36,942 bases of DNA from Patescibacteria group bacterium UBA2100 (GTDB taxonomy: Bacteria > Patescibacteriota > Minisyncoccia > Phycocordibacterales > UBA2100), in assembly GCA_002331185.1 (NCBI GenBank), contig DCYW01000030.1, positions 1-36,942 on the forward strand, in the 5' to 3' direction. A program made the position numbers and the translations under genes. Position 1 is the first letter of the stretch; the number at the start of each line of letters is the position of its first letter. This document shows positions 1-10,203 of the stretch, one piece after another. Under the pieces are notes generated by a model. That model was not told where the DNA came from and made no database searches. It saw nothing but the letters and a program-made list of their open reading frames with translations.

Positions 1-1752
1 CAAGCCGTAACGAATCCAGAAAATACAATTTTTGGTGTCAAGCGTTTTGTGGGACACAAATTCACTGATACGTCAGTGCAAAAAGATAAAGATATCGTAC
101 CGTATGAACTTAAAGAGGGTTCTGACAAAGGGGTTATGATTACGCTTTCAGGTAAAGAGTATCGACCTGAAGAAATTTCAGCAATGATTCTCCAAAAATT
201 AAAAGCAGATGCTGAAAAGAAAACTGGTGAGACAATAACAGAAGCGGTTATTACAGTACCTGCGTATTTTGATGACGCACAACGTAAGGCAACAAAAGAT
301 GCTGGGAAAATAGCAGGGCTTGAGGTAAAACGCATTATTAACGAGCCAACGGCTGCTGCTCTTGCGTATGGTTTCAACAAAAAGAATGATGAACAAATAG
401 TCGTCTTCGACTTTGGTGGTGGAACATTTGATGTGTCGGTACTAGAGGTTGCAGACGATGTGATTGAAGTAAAAGCAACAGACGGTGACTCACACATGGG
501 AGGACGCGATATTGACCAGAAAATTATCACGTGGATTGTCGAAGAATTTAAGAGAGAATCAGGTATTGATGTCAGTAAAGATTCTCTTGCACTCCAGCGT
601 CTCGATGAAGCAGCTGAAAAGGCAAAAATTGAACTCTCTACTGCAGCAGAATCGGAAATAAATATTCCCTTTATCACCTCGGATGAATCTGGACCAAAGC
701 ACCTTATATTGAAACTTACTCGTGCAACACTTGAAGAACTTGCTGATGAATATGTACAACATGCACTTACCATTACCAAACGAGCCGTTGCGGCAAGCCC
801 GTTTGAAATTAGTGATATCGATGAGGTAATTCTTGTTGGTGGGCAAACTCGAATGCCTATCATAATTGAAAAAGTCAAGGAGCTATTTGGCAAAGAACCA
901 AATAAGTCTATTAATCCAGATGAAGTCGTAGCGCTCGGAGCAGCTCTGCAAGGTGGTATCTTGCAGGGAGACGTTAAAGACGTGCTTCTACTTGATGTCA
1001 TCCCACTATCATTAGGTATAGAAACTATGGGTGGTATTACAACAAGACTTATAGAACGAAATACAACAATTCCAACAAGTAAATCTCAAATATTTTCTAC
1101 AGCAGCTGAAAACCAACCTTCTGTAGAAATTGTTGTGACACAAGGGGAGCGCGAAATGGCGACAGACAATAAAATTCTTGGGCGGTTTGTGCTCGATGGT
1201 ATTTCTCCAGCTCCACGCGGTGTGCCCCAGATTGAAGTTACTTTTGATATTGACGCTAATGGTATCTTGCAAGTAAAGGCACTAGACAAAGGAACCAACA
1301 AAGAGCAATCAATTCGCATTGAAGGAAGTTCAGGATTGTCTGAAGACGAAGTAGAAAAGATGAAAGCTGATGCTGAGGCACACGCTGATGAAGATAAGAA
1401 GAAGCGAGAAACTATTGAAGTAAAGAATACCTCGGAACAAATAGTTTACGCTGCAGAAAAAGCACTCAAAGAGCACGGGGAAAAAGTGGATGAAACCATT
1501 GTAAAAGATGTTACAGAAAAGATTGAGGAATTAAAAAAAGTGCGCGAAGGCGATGATATAGCCGCTATTACTACAGCATCGGAGACCTTGAGTGAAGCTA
1601 TGAGCAAAATAGGGGAAGCTCTAGCCAAGCAAGCAGAGTCAGCACAGCCTGAAGATTCTCAGGATCCAAAAACAGATACTAGTAAAGAGCACAAAGAGTC
1701 AGGAGCACAAGAACGTAATGCAGAGTTTGACGAGACTGATGAGAAGAAGTAG
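1..1752 (+). CDS. dnaK: Molecular chaperone DnaK (Hsp70), 5'-truncated by the window edge
   Basis: Frame 1 is open from base 1 ([20 protein letters not shown] precedes the GTG at 49). Hsp70 signatures [25 protein letters not shown] and [11 protein letters not shown] are present, with an acidic C-terminal tail. Confidence 0.97.
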   Translation, partial: QAVTNPENTIFGVKRFVGHKFTDTSVQKDKDIVPYELKEGSDKGVMITLSGKEYRPEEISAMILQKLKADAEKKTGETITEAVITVPAYFDDAQRKATKDAGKIAGLEVKRIINEPTAAALAYGFNKKNDEQIVVFDFGGGTFDVSVLEVADDVIEVKATDGDSHMGGRDIDQKIITWIVEEFKRESGIDVSKDSLALQRLDEAAEKAKIELSTAAESEINIPFITSDESGPKHLILKLTRATLEELADEYVQHALTITKRAVAASPFEISDIDEVILVGGQTRMPIIIEKVKELFGKEPNKSINPDEVVALGAALQGGILQGDVKDVLLLDVIPLSLGIETMGGITTRLIERNTTIPTSKSQIFSTAAENQPSVEIVVTQGEREMATDNKILGRFVLDGISPAPRGVPQIEVTFDIDANGILQVKALDKGTNKEQSIRIEGSSGLSEDEVEKMKADAEAHADEDKKKRETIEVKNTSEQIVYAAEKALKEHGEKVDETIVKDVTEKIEELKKVREGDDIAAITTASETLSEAMSKIGEALAKQAESAQPEDSQDPKTDTSKEHKESGAQERNAEFDETDEKK

Positions 1753-1764
1753 TCTGATGACACA

Positions 1765-2841
1765 ATGAAAGATTATTACCACATTCTTGGATTACAAAAA
1801 AGTGCAACTGATGCTGAAATAAAAAAGGCATTTCGTGTACTGGCACAAAAATATCATCCAGATAAAAAGACTGGGGACGAGGCCAAATTCAAGGAAGCGA
1901 GCGAAGCCTACGCAGTGCTTGGAGATAAAAAGAAGCGCGCTGAATACGACACGTATGGACGAACATTCGCTGGAGGCGGACAGCACGGTGGTGGTGGTTT
2001 TGAGGGATTTGATTTCTCACAATTCCAACAAGGTTTCGGTGGTAGTGCTAATGGTGTTGAATTTGATCTTGGTGATATATTTAGTGAAGTATTTGGAGGT
2101 AATGGAAGATCGCAAACACGTCGTGGGCGCGACATTTCAATGGATGTCGAACTTGACTTTAAAGATGCTGCCTTCGGTACAGAAAGAACGGTACTCTTAA
2201 ACAAAGTTAGTTACTGTAGTGAATGTGAAGGGACTGGTGCGAAAGATAAAAATGACGTAAAGATATGTGGTACTTGTAACGGTAAGGGTTCAGTGCACGA
2301 AACACGGCGTTCAATATTAGGAACCTTTACAAGCGCGCGTGAATGTAAAGAATGCAACGGTATTGGAAAGATTCCAAAAACTCCTTGTAAGAACTGCAAG
2401 GGTAAGGGCGTTCTACAAAAGCAGGAAGAAATTAAACTTACTATTCCAGCTGGGATTGATAATGGTGAAATGATTCGACTTACGGGAAAAGGAGAGGCAG
2501 TACAAGGAGGTACCGCAGGAGATTTATATATAAAAATACACGTACGTCCACACAAAGATTTTGTGCGTAGTGGAAAAGATATTCGAATGAGTTTAAATGT
2601 AAAACTTACAGATGCACTACTTGGAAGCACATATACAATACCTACTCTTGAAAAAAATATCGATCTCAAGATTCCAGCTGGAATCACTCACGGTGAGGTA
2701 CTGAGAATAAAAGGAAAAGGCATATCTCGTGAAGATCGTAGCCGTGGTGACTTACTTGTCGCGGTTCACATAGATCTTCCAAAGAAGTTATCACGCTCTG
2801 CAAAAAAACTCATAGAAGGATTAAAGGACGAAGGTATCTAA
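1765..2841 (+). CDS. dnaJ: Co-chaperone DnaJ (type I Hsp40)
   Basis: J domain with HPD (KYHPDK), a Gly/Phe-rich linker and four CxxCxGxG zinc repeats (CSECEGTG, CGTCNGKG, CKECNGIG, CKNCKGKG). It starts 12 nt after dnaK. Confidence 0.95.
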   Translation: MKDYYHILGLQKSATDAEIKKAFRVLAQKYHPDKKTGDEAKFKEASEAYAVLGDKKKRAEYDTYGRTFAGGGQHGGGGFEGFDFSQFQQGFGGSANGVEFDLGDIFSEVFGGNGRSQTRRGRDISMDVELDFKDAAFGTERTVLLNKVSYCSECEGTGAKDKNDVKICGTCNGKGSVHETRRSILGTFTSARECKECNGIGKIPKTPCKNCKGKGVLQKQEEIKLTIPAGIDNGEMIRLTGKGEAVQGGTAGDLYIKIHVRPHKDFVRSGKDIRMSLNVKLTDALLGSTYTIPTLEKNIDLKIPAGITHGEVLRIKGKGISREDRSRGDLLVAVHIDLPKKLSRSAKKLIEGLKDEGI

Positions 2842-2849
2842 AACGTCTT

Positions 2850-3590
2850 ATGTCAAAACCTTCGTCTTTCTCAATACGAAAAATACAGCTTTTGACTCCA
2901 GCGATCTTACAGGGTATCGCGTGGCCCTTCGGACGCTTCGCAGTCCATTTCTTCACACATCTTAAAATAGAAGGTAAGGAGAACATAAAAAAGGCAGCAC
3001 AATATGGTAGGGAAAATAATGTTGGTGCCATCTTCGCAGTTAACCACACGCATGAACTCGATTTTCTTTTTCCTCTTGTTGGCGTGTCACCATTGTCACC
3101 TCTATTTCCAATGTTTTATGTTGCACATGCGCGAAAAAAGTATGGCGAGAAAACTGGATTTGGATTCAGACGATATATTTATAGCTTTCCTGCTTTTCTA
3201 ACATCATGGGGTGCACACCCATATATTGCAGATCAAAATAATTATAGTAAATCAATGCCATTTCATGAGATTTTACTAGACAAAAGAAAAAGTGTTTGTA
3301 TTTTTCCTGAAGGAAGAATACAAAAAGATGCAGCAGATAGAAAAATCCGTGGAGGAGTAGCTTACTTAGCTGAGGCAACAGGAGCTGCTATTGTTCCTAT
3401 CGCCATCTCAGGTGCAAAAGGTATGAATGCACGTTCTTTCTTTAAGAGAGAGAGGACAATTACTATAAAATATTTACCGCCACTTTTTATAAAGGATATC
3501 GAAGATAGTACTCTCCCAATACCTGAGCGCTACAAAGATTCGGCAGAAAAATTGATGAACATCATTGAACAGGAGGTTAAAACTAACTAA
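2850..3590 (+). CDS. plsC: 1-acyl-sn-glycerol-3-phosphate acyltransferase family protein
   Basis: Acyltransferase HX4D motif (NHTHELD) and FPEGR motif (IFPEGRIQ), with an N-terminal hydrophobic segment. Confidence 0.8.
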   Translation: MSKPSSFSIRKIQLLTPAILQGIAWPFGRFAVHFFTHLKIEGKENIKKAAQYGRENNVGAIFAVNHTHELDFLFPLVGVSPLSPLFPMFYVAHARKKYGEKTGFGFRRYIYSFPAFLTSWGAHPYIADQNNYSKSMPFHEILLDKRKSVCIFPEGRIQKDAADRKIRGGVAYLAEATGAAIVPIAISGAKGMNARSFFKRERTITIKYLPPLFIKDIEDSTLPIPERYKDSAEKLMNIIEQEVKTN

Positions 3591-3630
3591 CAGAGCCACA
3601 TAAAACAAACCTGATAACTGCTATACTTTT

Positions 3631-4794
3631 ATGATGGGTTCTCTTTTTAAATTGATCTCACAGACGGCTCGAGATTTGGTTTATTTACTCATTCCTCGGC
3701 ACGGATACAAGAATATGTATGCTTTTGCTTTTCTTGTGCATCCTCGAGATGAACGAGATATGCATCGGCGTTTCCCATTCCTAGCTAAAACACCTGCATG
3801 GCTCAAACGTTTGATACAACATTATTTTTGGCCTATTACAGTCTCACATATAACAGGATTACGATCTGTGGAGAGTGAAGAAGAAATTCCTGGATTTGTA
3901 ATTACAATCCCGATGACGGCTAATGAAATGTTAAAAAATCGAGAGCGTGCTAAAAAACAAATAATTCGTGCTACTACACTGGCTCGTAATAAGGGTTCAA
4001 AAATTGTAGGTCTTGGTGCGCTGACCTCATCATTATCTCGCGGTGGTCTAGATTTACTAGGAATCAACGGTATCGCTGTCACAACAGGGCATGCGTATAC
4101 TGGATACACGGTAACGCAGACACTGCTGAAGCAACTGGATAACGCACAAATCAATTATAAAGAAAAGAATCATACCATTGCAATAGTTGGAGCTGCTGGA
4201 TCGGTTGGTTCTATCTCGGCAGAGATTCTTGTACATTCTGGAGTGGAATCTCTTCTTCTTATTGATATAGATAGAAAGATGGAGTCAGTCAACAATCTAA
4301 AAACGCAACTGCTCTCTTTAGATCAAAACCTAAAAATTGAGTGTAGTACGAACATGGGAGCGCTTAAAAACGCACTTGGAGTTATTACTGCAACAAACGC
4401 ACCTGATACTTTGGTAAAAGACAAACACATTTCTGCCGGAACAATCATTGTAGATGATGCACAACCAAGTGATATATCTCCAGAATTATATGATCGCGAA
4501 GACGTGCTGGTTCTTGAAGCTGGTGCGGTGCATACACCTAACATATCTACCAACTTCAATATGGGACTTGCTAATCGCAATGATAACTTTTGCTGTCTGG
4601 CAGAAGTCTTGATTCTCGCTTCTAAAAAGCACGTTCACAACTTTGTAATAAATAGGGCAACTCTTAGTGACGTCGAGCACATACGAAAGGGTGGTGATGA
4701 ATTAGGCTTTACACTTGCAAAAGCGCAAAATGAGCACGGGGTTATTCCTAAAGAAAAAATACAACGAGTAGCATCACTTGCCCAAAAACGTTAA
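3631..4794 (+). CDS. NAD(P)-dependent oxidoreductase, acyl-ACP reductase (AAR)-like
   Basis: Rossmann motif IAIVGAAGSVGS. Blocks GLGALTS, TTGHAYTGYT and NFCCLAEVLIL resemble, from my memory of the sequences, cyanobacterial acyl-ACP reductase blocks including the catalytic-Cys segment. An alternative start at Met29 (3715) is possible. Confidence 0.6.
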   Translation: MMGSLFKLISQTARDLVYLLIPRHGYKNMYAFAFLVHPRDERDMHRRFPFLAKTPAWLKRLIQHYFWPITVSHITGLRSVESEEEIPGFVITIPMTANEMLKNRERAKKQIIRATTLARNKGSKIVGLGALTSSLSRGGLDLLGINGIAVTTGHAYTGYTVTQTLLKQLDNAQINYKEKNHTIAIVGAAGSVGSISAEILVHSGVESLLLIDIDRKMESVNNLKTQLLSLDQNLKIECSTNMGALKNALGVITATNAPDTLVKDKHISAGTIIVDDAQPSDISPELYDREDVLVLEAGAVHTPNISTNFNMGLANRNDNFCCLAEVLILASKKHVHNFVINRATLSDVEHIRKGGDELGFTLAKAQNEHGVIPKEKIQRVASLAQKR

Positions 4795-4802
4795 TCTTTA
4801 TT

Positions 4803-6446
4803 ATGAATCTTTCATTCGACACGATAAACGCACTTATTGCCCTAGCTACTGTAGCGAACTTATTGTATGGATTTCTCGTATATAAGAGAAACAGTGCTTC
4901 AGCAAGTAACATAGCTTTCTTTTTGCTTACCATTGCAGTCACGGGGTGGGGAGTGACGATGATTATTTTTCGTAGCACAACAACTCTCGAAATAGCATTG
5001 AATGCGTCCTATTGGCTATATGCTGCTGCGGCTGCAATACCAACATTCTTTTTGTTATTTACCATATTGTTTCCAAGTGAGAAGTATATTCTAACATCAA
5101 AACATACTGCTTATATTTTTATCCCGTTTAGCTTAGTTCTCTTTTCTATTTTCTACCCTGACCTATTTGTAAAAACAGTAATCTTCGAAACAGGTAAGGA
5201 ACATATAATTGTCTTCGAGCCACTGCTACATATTGGATACGCTTTATACGTAAGTGGGATGTTTTTTGCCAGTTATTTTGTCCTTATTAGGAAATATACA
5301 AAAAACGCTGGAGTACTGCGTTCACAAGTTATATATATCTTGATAGGAGCCCTCGTACCAACTTTCGTTGGTTTATTTTCAAACCTACTTCTCCCAATCA
5401 TAGGGGAATTTCGCTGGAATTGGATGGGGCAAATTAGCATAGCGGTAACAACAGGAATAATAACGTACGGTATTCTGCGCCATCGTCTATTTAACATACG
5501 AATTATTGCAACCGAAATTCTTATTTTTATAGTATGGTTTATTGCATTCTTACGAATAATTTTTTCAGACACTCCATCTGCTGTCATATTCAATACAATC
5601 GCATTTCTTGCGCTCGTAACTGTTGGATTTTGGCTCGTACGAAGCGTGTCTAGAGAAGTCGATACGAGAGAAGAATTAGAGGTTCTTACCAAACAATTAA
5701 AAAAAGCTAATGATCGGCTTAAAGAATTAGACCGGCAAAAGTCAGAATTTCTCTCTATTGCAACTCATCAACTTCGTGGTCCACTAGCAGGTATACGCGG
5801 GCATCTCTCATTGATTATAGACGGTTCCTACGGCGAAATATCTAAGAAGGCGAGTGAGGTAATAATTAAAGTATTTGAAGCAAGTGGTACTTTAGCTGGA
5901 ACTATTAATGATTTTTTGAATGTTTCTCGTATAGAACAAGGTAGAATGCAATATGACAAGGAGCACTTCAGTTGTAGTGAGCTAGTAAAAGACATAACTG
6001 AAGAACTCCAACCAGTAGCGCAAACTAGAAATCTTGAACTAGAGTTTATAGACAAATGTAGAGGAACTTGTGGAATATACGCTGATAAAAATAAATTGCG
6101 ACATATATTCACAAACCTTATTGATAACGCGATTAAATACACAGAAAAAGGCTGGGTTAAAGTCACTGTTTACGATGATGAAAAAGAGGAAAATATACGT
6201 GTAGAAGTAGCAGATAGCGGAATTGGGATCAGCGAATCGGAGAAGGAAGAGCTATTCCAGAAATTCGTACGGGCTCGTGGTGCTGCTGGTGTAAATGTTA
6301 ACGGAACCGGATTAGGACTCTATGTCGCTCGTCAGATGGTTGAAGCACACATGGGTAAAATATGGGCAGAATCAGAAGGTGATAGTAAAGGTTCGACGTT
6401 TATTGTGGAATTGCCCACCGCTACTGATACGCAAGAAACAAAGTAG
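4803..6446 (+). CDS. Sensor histidine kinase with a multi-pass membrane N-terminal domain
   Basis: About 270 aa of repeated hydrophobic helices, then a coiled coil. H-box SIATHQLRGPL, N-box LIDNAIKYT, G-boxes DSGIGI and GTGLGL. Confidence 0.87.
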   Translation: MNLSFDTINALIALATVANLLYGFLVYKRNSASASNIAFFLLTIAVTGWGVTMIIFRSTTTLEIALNASYWLYAAAAAIPTFFLLFTILFPSEKYILTSKHTAYIFIPFSLVLFSIFYPDLFVKTVIFETGKEHIIVFEPLLHIGYALYVSGMFFASYFVLIRKYTKNAGVLRSQVIYILIGALVPTFVGLFSNLLLPIIGEFRWNWMGQISIAVTTGIITYGILRHRLFNIRIIATEILIFIVWFIAFLRIIFSDTPSAVIFNTIAFLALVTVGFWLVRSVSREVDTREELEVLTKQLKKANDRLKELDRQKSEFLSIATHQLRGPLAGIRGHLSLIIDGSYGEISKKASEVIIKVFEASGTLAGTINDFLNVSRIEQGRMQYDKEHFSCSELVKDITEELQPVAQTRNLELEFIDKCRGTCGIYADKNKLRHIFTNLIDNAIKYTEKGWVKVTVYDDEKEENIRVEVADSGIGISESEKEELFQKFVRARGAAGVNVNGTGLGLYVARQMVEAHMGKIWAESEGDSKGSTFIVELPTATDTQETK

Positions 6447-6482
6447 AAAGAGCGCTTTCCAAAGCCGTTCAATGCTGTTACC

Positions 6483-7439
6483 ATGCCTAGTATCATGCAG
6501 GAAAAAAAGCGACTACTTACTGGTTTGCAACCCTCAGGCACACTACATATAGGTAATTATTTTGGCGCTCTTAAGCCGTTTATAGATTTATATGATTCCT
6601 ACGACAGCTACCTTATGGTAGTTGATTACCACGCACTCACTACGATGCGAAATCCTGAACAATTACAGGAGAATATTCGCAATATTGTTAAAGATTACCT
6701 TGCTGCTGGTGTTGATTCTGAAAAAATTACCTTGTTTAAACAATCTGACATAGCACAGCACACTGAACTTGCATGGATTTTTGAATGCCTAGTCACCGTG
6801 CCAGTTCTCATGCAAGCACACTCATATAAGGACAAAGTAGCCAAAGGCTTAGAAGCCAACGCGGGACTATTTAATTATCCAATGCTCATGGCAGCAGACA
6901 TTCTACTTTACGATACCCAAGTAGTACCAGTAGGAGAAGACCAACGTCAACACATAGAATACGCACGTGAAGCCGCAAACAAATTCAATAATGCATTTGG
7001 CAAAACATTTACAGCTCCCACAGAACATATTATTGATGGTGTTGGCGTTGTTCCCGGAACAGATGGTAAAAAAATGAGCAAAAGTTATGGTAATACTATT
7101 CCATTATTTGGGACAAAAGATGAGATAAGCAAAGCTGTAATGGGAATTGTTACTGACTCATTTGGTGGACGCCCGGAGAACGTATATGCAATCCACACAT
7201 TATTCCGACCGGAATCAGAATTAGATGCACTGTATGAAGAAAAAGAAGGTAATTACAAAGCGTTGAAAGAGGTCCTTATTGAAGACATGGAAATGTTAGT
7301 TGCGCCGATGCGAGAACGACGAGATGGTATTACTGATGAACAAATACGCGAGGTTCTTGCATCTGGAGCAGAGAAAGCACGAATCTACGCCGAGGCTAAG
7401 ATGCAAGATGTTAAAAATAAAATTGGCGTAACAGTATAA
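6483..7439 (+). CDS. trpS: Tryptophan--tRNA ligase
   Basis: Class I HIGH-type motif (GTLHIGNYFG) and KMSKS (GKKMSKS). The length of about 318 aa is typical of TrpRS. Confidence 0.95.
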   Translation: MPSIMQEKKRLLTGLQPSGTLHIGNYFGALKPFIDLYDSYDSYLMVVDYHALTTMRNPEQLQENIRNIVKDYLAAGVDSEKITLFKQSDIAQHTELAWIFECLVTVPVLMQAHSYKDKVAKGLEANAGLFNYPMLMAADILLYDTQVVPVGEDQRQHIEYAREAANKFNNAFGKTFTAPTEHIIDGVGVVPGTDGKKMSKSYGNTIPLFGTKDEISKAVMGIVTDSFGGRPENVYAIHTLFRPESELDALYEEKEGNYKALKEVLIEDMEMLVAPMRERRDGITDEQIREVLASGAEKARIYAEAKMQDVKNKIGVTV

Positions 7440-7441
7440 TT

Positions 7442-8767
7442 ATGGAAAGAACCGCAATCGGAGATATTTCATCAAAAAAGGGAGAAAAGATACACATTGC
7501 AGGATGGGTAGATGTTCGACGTGACCATGGAAAACTAATATTTTTTGTTTTGAGAGACAGAAGCGGTACGGTACAAGCTATTATTAAAGATGGTACTGGA
7601 GCTTTTACTGAGGCACAAAAACTGCGTGAGCAATGGGTTGTGAGCATACAAGGAATTGTTAACGAGCGCCCCGAAAAAATGGTCACGGACGAACAAAATG
7701 GAGATGTAGAGCTACTGATTGAAGACCTACAGATTCTCTCAGAAGCTGCGGAACTTCCTTTTGATATGGATGCGGAATTAAACTTAGATACTCTTCTTGA
7801 TTATCGACCACTTACGCTACGCACGCAGCGAAGCCGTGATATTTTTATTGTTCAAGCAACAATAGTGGAAGCGTTCCGCGAGTATTTGCGGCAACACGGA
7901 TTCACTGAGTACCAACCACCAGCGATTGTCGGTGGTGATGCAGAAGGAGGGGCGTCAGCATTTAAGGTCGACTACTATAAAGACAAGGGGGCATACTTAG
8001 CAACCAGCCCTCAACTATACAAACAAATCATGGTTGGCGTATATGAGCGCGTATTCAGTATTGGGAAGGTATTTCGTGGAGAGAAGCATGCGACCAGTCG
8101 CCACCTTTCTGAGTACTCGTCCCTTGATTTTGAAATGGGCTTTATAGAGGACCATCACGACATTATGGAGATGACACAAGGAGTACACTCTCACATAGCT
8201 CATACAGTTGCAGAAAAACACCCTGAAATTCTTAAACGTCTAGAAGTCGAACCCGCTTTGGTCCCTGCAAAATTTCCAATACTAAAACTTAAAGAAGCTC
8301 AAGAGATCATTGAAAAAGAATTCGGCGGAAGTGCTGTAGGGGAGCCTGACCTGGAACCTGAACACGAACGACAAATTTGCGAATGGGCAAAAAAAGAGCA
8401 CCGTTCCGATTTTATTTTTATTACTCACTACCCAGTTGCTAAGCGCCCCTTCTACACGTACGAAGACGAAGAAGATAAGGGGTACACAAAAAGCTTTGAT
8501 CTTTTATTCCGTGGATTGGAAATAACTACAGGAGGACAGCGCGTTCATGACTACGACGTAATGGTACAAAAAATTAAGGACAAAGGATTGAACCCTGAAC
8601 ACTTCTCTTTTTACCTACAAGCATTCAAATACGGTATGCCTCCACATGGGGGTACTGGGAACGGACTAGAACGCATGACTCAGCTCATGCTTGGTCTCAG
8701 GAATGTTCGAGAAACGACCTTATTCCCCCGTGATATGAATCGTATAGATACACGTCTTTCAGAGTAA
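7442..8767 (+). CDS. aspS: Aspartate--tRNA ligase, archaeal/eukaryotic type (short form)
   Basis: Class IIb N-terminal OB fold, SPQLYKQ, motif 2 FRGEKHATSRHLSEY (the EEH-type seen in archaeal AspRS rather than the ENSNT of AsnRS) and motif 3 GNGLERM. At 441 aa it lacks the bacterial insertion domain. Confidence 0.88.
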   Translation: MERTAIGDISSKKGEKIHIAGWVDVRRDHGKLIFFVLRDRSGTVQAIIKDGTGAFTEAQKLREQWVVSIQGIVNERPEKMVTDEQNGDVELLIEDLQILSEAAELPFDMDAELNLDTLLDYRPLTLRTQRSRDIFIVQATIVEAFREYLRQHGFTEYQPPAIVGGDAEGGASAFKVDYYKDKGAYLATSPQLYKQIMVGVYERVFSIGKVFRGEKHATSRHLSEYSSLDFEMGFIEDHHDIMEMTQGVHSHIAHTVAEKHPEILKRLEVEPALVPAKFPILKLKEAQEIIEKEFGGSAVGEPDLEPEHERQICEWAKKEHRSDFIFITHYPVAKRPFYTYEDEEDKGYTKSFDLLFRGLEITTGGQRVHDYDVMVQKIKDKGLNPEHFSFYLQAFKYGMPPHGGTGNGLERMTQLMLGLRNVRETTLFPRDMNRIDTRLSE

Positions 8768-8772
8768 CTAGT

Positions 8773-10155
8773 ATGAAATTCCACATTAACCAAAGCCCTA
8801 CAAAGAAGCACATTGAAGTTAGTTTTGATTCAAAAGAAACACTACGTGTAAGCGACGACACTATCCGTATTGGTGTGCAGGATGCGAAGAAGGTTTCAAT
8901 GAAAAAATTCTCACGACTCGCTCGCAGTATAGTACGTACTGCACATGCACACCGAGCATCGCACTTGACTATAGATTGGGATTCATTCAAATTGTTTCCT
9001 ATACTTGCTAGTTTTTCTGATGCAGAACGTGCCGAGCGCATTGCGATAGAAATGCTACTTGCGAATTACTCTTTTACTGCGTACAAGACAACGCCAAAAA
9101 ATGGATGGCCGACAGTCAAAGAAGTACTTTTTACTGGGGTGCCACAAAAGAGTCTGCCTGCTGTAAAATCGGCTCTAGCACGCTCTGTTATCATCGGAGA
9201 AGAGATGAATGCTGCACGCACCCTTGCAAATACTCCCGGTAGCGATATGCCACCTAAAAAAATGTCGCTCGCTGCACAAAAAGCTGCACAAGGCATTGCC
9301 GGACTAAAAGTAAGCATACTCGGCACAAAGGAAATGAAGAGGCTAGGCATGGGAGCAATTCTCGGCGTGGGACAAGGTTCAGTGCATGAATCACAATTTA
9401 TAGTACTTGAATACTCTGGTGGTAAAAAGGGTGAAAAACCTGTCGCGCTAGTAGGAAAGGGGATAACCTACGATACAGGTGGTCTTGGTTTAAAACCAGC
9501 TGATGCAATGATGGGCATGCACATGGACATGACCGGAGGCGCATTAGTCATACATGCAATTACTCTTGCAGCACGTTTAAAGACCAAGAGAAATATAGTT
9601 GCCGTAGTTGCAGCAGCAGAGAACGCTGTTGGTAAAGAAAGCTATCGTATGGGAGACATCCTCAAAGGTATGTCAGGCAAAATGATTGAGGTGCGTCACA
9701 CAGATGCAGAAGGGCGACTGGTGTTGTCTGATGCACTTACGTATGTGCAGAAAAAGTTCTCCCCGAAACTAATCATAGATGTTGCAACTCTTACTGGAGC
9801 CGCACTTGTTGCACTGGGGCAATCTGCATCAATACTTCTTTCGCGAGACGAAAAGTTGGCTTGGGACATACATATGAAAGGTAACGCCGTGGGCGACTGC
9901 ACATGGCCACTGCCTTTATGGGATGATTTTAAACCTGAGCTTGAAAGTAAAGTTGCTGATATATCAAACATTGGAAAAACGCGTTACGGAGGCACCATAA
10001 ATGGAGGCATGTTTTTGGCAGAATTTGTGGATGAAAAACAACCATGGGTGCACATCGATATAGCACCTCGCATGGAATCAGTAGAAGGGGACCATCTAGC
10101 AGACGGCGCAACAGGAGAGCCAATGCGCTTACTACTTAAAATGGTTCAGGAATAG
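8773..10155 (+). CDS. pepA: Leucyl aminopeptidase (M17 family)
   Basis: M17 motifs VGKGITYDTGG and HTDAEGRLVLSD. Confidence 0.9.
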   Translation: MKFHINQSPTKKHIEVSFDSKETLRVSDDTIRIGVQDAKKVSMKKFSRLARSIVRTAHAHRASHLTIDWDSFKLFPILASFSDAERAERIAIEMLLANYSFTAYKTTPKNGWPTVKEVLFTGVPQKSLPAVKSALARSVIIGEEMNAARTLANTPGSDMPPKKMSLAAQKAAQGIAGLKVSILGTKEMKRLGMGAILGVGQGSVHESQFIVLEYSGGKKGEKPVALVGKGITYDTGGLGLKPADAMMGMHMDMTGGALVIHAITLAARLKTKRNIVAVVAAAENAVGKESYRMGDILKGMSGKMIEVRHTDAEGRLVLSDALTYVQKKFSPKLIIDVATLTGAALVALGQSASILLSRDEKLAWDIHMKGNAVGDCTWPLPLWDDFKPELESKVADISNIGKTRYGGTINGGMFLAEFVDEKQPWVHIDIAPRMESVEGDHLADGATGEPMRLLLKMVQE

Positions 10156-10203
10156 CCACTATACACACCCTCAAAAAGTCAACTACAGGGTATACTAAAA
10201 ATC

